Below, piece by piece: positions 3,895 through 5,729 of a stretch of DNA of 5,729 bases (position 1 is its first letter; every line of letters starts with the position of its first letter). The notes below the pieces were generated by a model. That model worked only from the letters and a program-made list of their open reading frames with translations, searched no databases and was not told the DNA's origin. Origin of the DNA: Nanopusillaceae archaeon (GTDB lineage Archaea; Nanobdellota; Nanobdellia; Nanobdellales; Nanobdellaceae); assembly GCA_049973735.1 (NCBI GenBank), contig JBMFJL010000039.1:1-5729 (forward strand), in the 5' to 3' direction. The translations under genes and the position numbers were made by a program.

Positions 3895-5679
3895 ATGAAG
3901 CTACATAAAATTATACTGACTGTCCTACTGGTTCTAGGTACATTATTTGGATTAATTTATGCCTATTTAATGATGAAAGCAGGAGCTATGGGAATTTATG
4001 GAATTAATGATATATATGGCCCTCTATCGAGAAGTCCACTTTTATCAGTATTTCTTATATTGTCAATGTCTTTTTTGCTAATTGCATCAACAATTAGCCT
4101 AAACAAAGATAAAAAAGTATTCATATTTATAACAATTTATTCTATTATAACGATAGCTTTCTTAAGGTATTTTTGGCCTGATTTCGCTAATTATTACTAC
4201 ATGACAGATTTTGAAGATTCATTTGGTCATAATTTGCAAGCGACATACATAACTACTAATGGACATATTTGGTATGGTACATTTTCATCACTTCAACCAG
4301 GTTTTTGGTTGACATTAGCGGAAATAGTTTTAATGATATTTGGTAAGACTAATAGCCTAACTTCTCCTCCTTTTTATTTCTTTATTAAATGGTATACAAC
4401 GATTTTCATTCTGATTTCTATACCTGTCATTTATATAACATTTAAACTGTATGGTCTTAACGATAGGCAGACAATGATAGCATTAATTGTTTACCTTATA
4501 ATATCTCCTCAGTTCGCTTATGTCATATCAAACGATTATGCAATAATACCTTTTGCTTTATCTTCTGGTTTTTTTATTAAGGCTTTAAAATCAAATAAAA
4601 TTAGAGATTATATAATATTTATGATAACCTTTTTCTTTTCAGCTTTAAATCACCTTTTAATTTTACTATGGCTTTCTTTTGGTATTTTGGGAGCTTCTAT
4701 GCTGATGATAATCTTACCTAAAATTAATATACCTAAAAGAAATGCATTTTATATATTTTTAAGTATAATATCTTTGTATTTATTAAGGTTAAGCTTATTA
4801 CCTAGAAGCTTTGTAACATCAAATGTTAACGGAGTCTTGTATTCTATTAATACGGGCCTTAAGTCTTTAATTGATCTATTTGTTAAACCAAGATCAAGTG
4901 CTTTTATTACAGAATCTGTTAGGGCATTACCTTCTTATACTTTTGCAGTTAGAATTAAAGAGCTAGACTACATGTATTTATTGGCAATTCCTTTTTTTGT
5001 TCTACTTTCTTTTAGTATTATAAATAAAAAAATAGAATATAAAGTTCTACTTCTTTTCATTATTTTTAGTGGGCTAATTGCAGGCTTACAAGTTATCGGA
5101 ATGGGAGGTGTTGGGTGGGCAGATAGATTGCCTAAAGACCTGCTTCCAATATTGGCCTTTTCGTTTTCATCAATTTTATTTTTAGGAGAAAACAGAAAAA
5201 ATAAACAACTTAAAATTAAAAAAATTATAAAAGTGGTTGGCGTTTCGCTCATAATAATTGCCTCAACATTATCATTGTTTGCTACATATGCTGGATATTC
5301 AACTGTAGCATTTCCATATAGCGAGCCATTTGGAGAGGCAGGTATAGGGATAGGAATTACTAATCATACGTCACCCAATTTTGATTTTTATTATTATGTT
5401 GATTTTGGACTTCCACTTTTATCTTATAGTTCTCCACCTATGTATTATGAGTTTGCTTGGACCTACTTTATTTATGGTGTCTATAGTATATATCCTAATG
5501 CTACCTACCTATTAAACACTATTAATAATATTTCATCAAAATCTAACATTGTTTTGATGACTCCAACAGATTTTATTTTCCAGAAAACATGGCCTTACCA
5601 CAAATTACCACAAATAATAAAACGAGAATGGATAATAGCATTGTTGAGAAAACATTTAACAAATCAAAATATTGGTTAA
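3895..5679 (+). CDS. Large polytopic membrane protein (about 14 TM helices) with a ~125-aa aromatic-rich C-terminal ectodomain; possibly a GT-C-fold glycosyltransferase or glycan polymerase (DUF2206-like?)
   Basis: 594-aa ORF with an ATG 5 nt after AGGTGG. Hydrophobic segments run throughout. The short loops NKDKK, KSNKIRD and ENRKNKQLKIKK follow the positive-inside rule. Under this topology the acidic motif MTDFEDSFGH falls in a predicted outside loop. The C-terminal region carries the sequons NHT, NAT and NIS. The family assignment rests only on architecture and neighbourhood. Confidence 0.85.
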   Translation: MKLHKIILTVLLVLGTLFGLIYAYLMMKAGAMGIYGINDIYGPLSRSPLLSVFLILSMSFLLIASTISLNKDKKVFIFITIYSIITIAFLRYFWPDFANYYYMTDFEDSFGHNLQATYITTNGHIWYGTFSSLQPGFWLTLAEIVLMIFGKTNSLTSPPFYFFIKWYTTIFILISIPVIYITFKLYGLNDRQTMIALIVYLIISPQFAYVISNDYAIIPFALSSGFFIKALKSNKIRDYIIFMITFFFSALNHLLILLWLSFGILGASMLMIILPKINIPKRNAFYIFLSIISLYLLRLSLLPRSFVTSNVNGVLYSINTGLKSLIDLFVKPRSSAFITESVRALPSYTFAVRIKELDYMYLLAIPFFVLLSFSIINKKIEYKVLLLFIIFSGLIAGLQVIGMGGVGWADRLPKDLLPILAFSFSSILFLGENRKNKQLKIKKIIKVVGVSLIIIASTLSLFATYAGYSTVAFPYSEPFGEAGIGIGITNHTSPNFDFYYYVDFGLPLLSYSSPPMYYEFAWTYFIYGVYSIYPNATYLLNTINNISSKSNIVLMTPTDFIFQKTWPYHKLPQIIKREWIIALLRKHLTNQNIG

Positions 5680-5684
5680 AAATA

Positions 5685-5693
5685 TTTATTTTT
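5685..5693 (+). terminator. Oligo-T tract (TTTATTTTT) 6 nt after the stop codon; candidate archaeal intrinsic terminator
   Basis: A T5 run preceded by TTTA lies immediately downstream of TAA 5677..5679. Archaeal RNA polymerase terminates at oligo-T tracts. T-runs are common in this AT-rich DNA, so support is weak. Confidence 0.3.
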
Positions 5694-5729
5694 CCCTTAT
5701 ATAATTCTTTATTCTATATTCCATCCTCC

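Noticed and set aside
4968-5252. 94-aa minus-strand ORF in the supplied track, lying entirely within the 594-aa gene
   Set aside because: It is antisense to a well-supported membrane-protein CDS. It has no Shine-Dalgarno or promoter-like box, and its product is low-complexity. Its open frame is explained by the locally GC-richer, stop-poor sequence of the sense gene.
5686-5729. GGAGG followed by ATG on the minus strand at the right edge (5729..5722)
   Set aside because: There is no spacing between the SD-like motif and the ATG, and the frame stops after 12 codons (MEYRIKNYIREK).
1-5729. Mobile element, integrase, tRNA/rRNA or toxin-antitoxin/defence content
   Set aside because: I saw no transposase-, integrase- or nuclease-like ORF, no terminal inverted repeats flanking a gene, and no cloverleaf-capable GC-rich segment. 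All substantial ORFs are membrane or glycosylation-type proteins.

Overview
The window is very AT-rich (15 G/C in the first 60 nt) and looks archaeal. Signals for this are GAGGTGA/GGTGA-type Shine-Dalgarno sites, A-run plus TTTTTATA promoter-like boxes, dense N-x-S/T sequons, and motifs I recall from the archaeal DUF1616 family. No homology search was possible, so all family calls come from motif recollection. The window holds two divergent gene groups separated by about 530 bp of non-coding DNA. On the minus strand there are two genes. One is the 5' part of a DUF2079-like polytopic membrane protein at 1..464; it is open-ended and missing from the ORF track. The other is a GT2 (Dpm1-like) glycosyltransferase fused to a GtrA-like 4-TM domain. 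It is split into two overlapping ORFs (1268..1765 and 651..1331) by a -1 frame change inside a (TTTTTTCTA)x3 repeat, and its DxD position appears to read N-A-N. On the plus strand there is a tightly packed four-gene set: a small bitopic sequon-rich protein; the C-terminal ectodomain module of DUF1616 with its TM anchor; a winged-helix-like domain fused to the N-terminal 4-TM module of DUF1616; and a 594-aa, roughly 14-TM protein with a C-terminal ectodomain. The most interesting point is that a normally single-chain DUF1616 protein appears as two genes in swapped order, overlapping at TAATG, with a putative DNA-binding domain on the membrane half. The ectodomain gene also has no canonical in-frame start before its TM anchor. 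It needs an ATT start, or a -1 slip at A-AAA-TAA just after an out-of-frame ATG. I saw no rRNA, tRNA, CRISPR array or mobile element.
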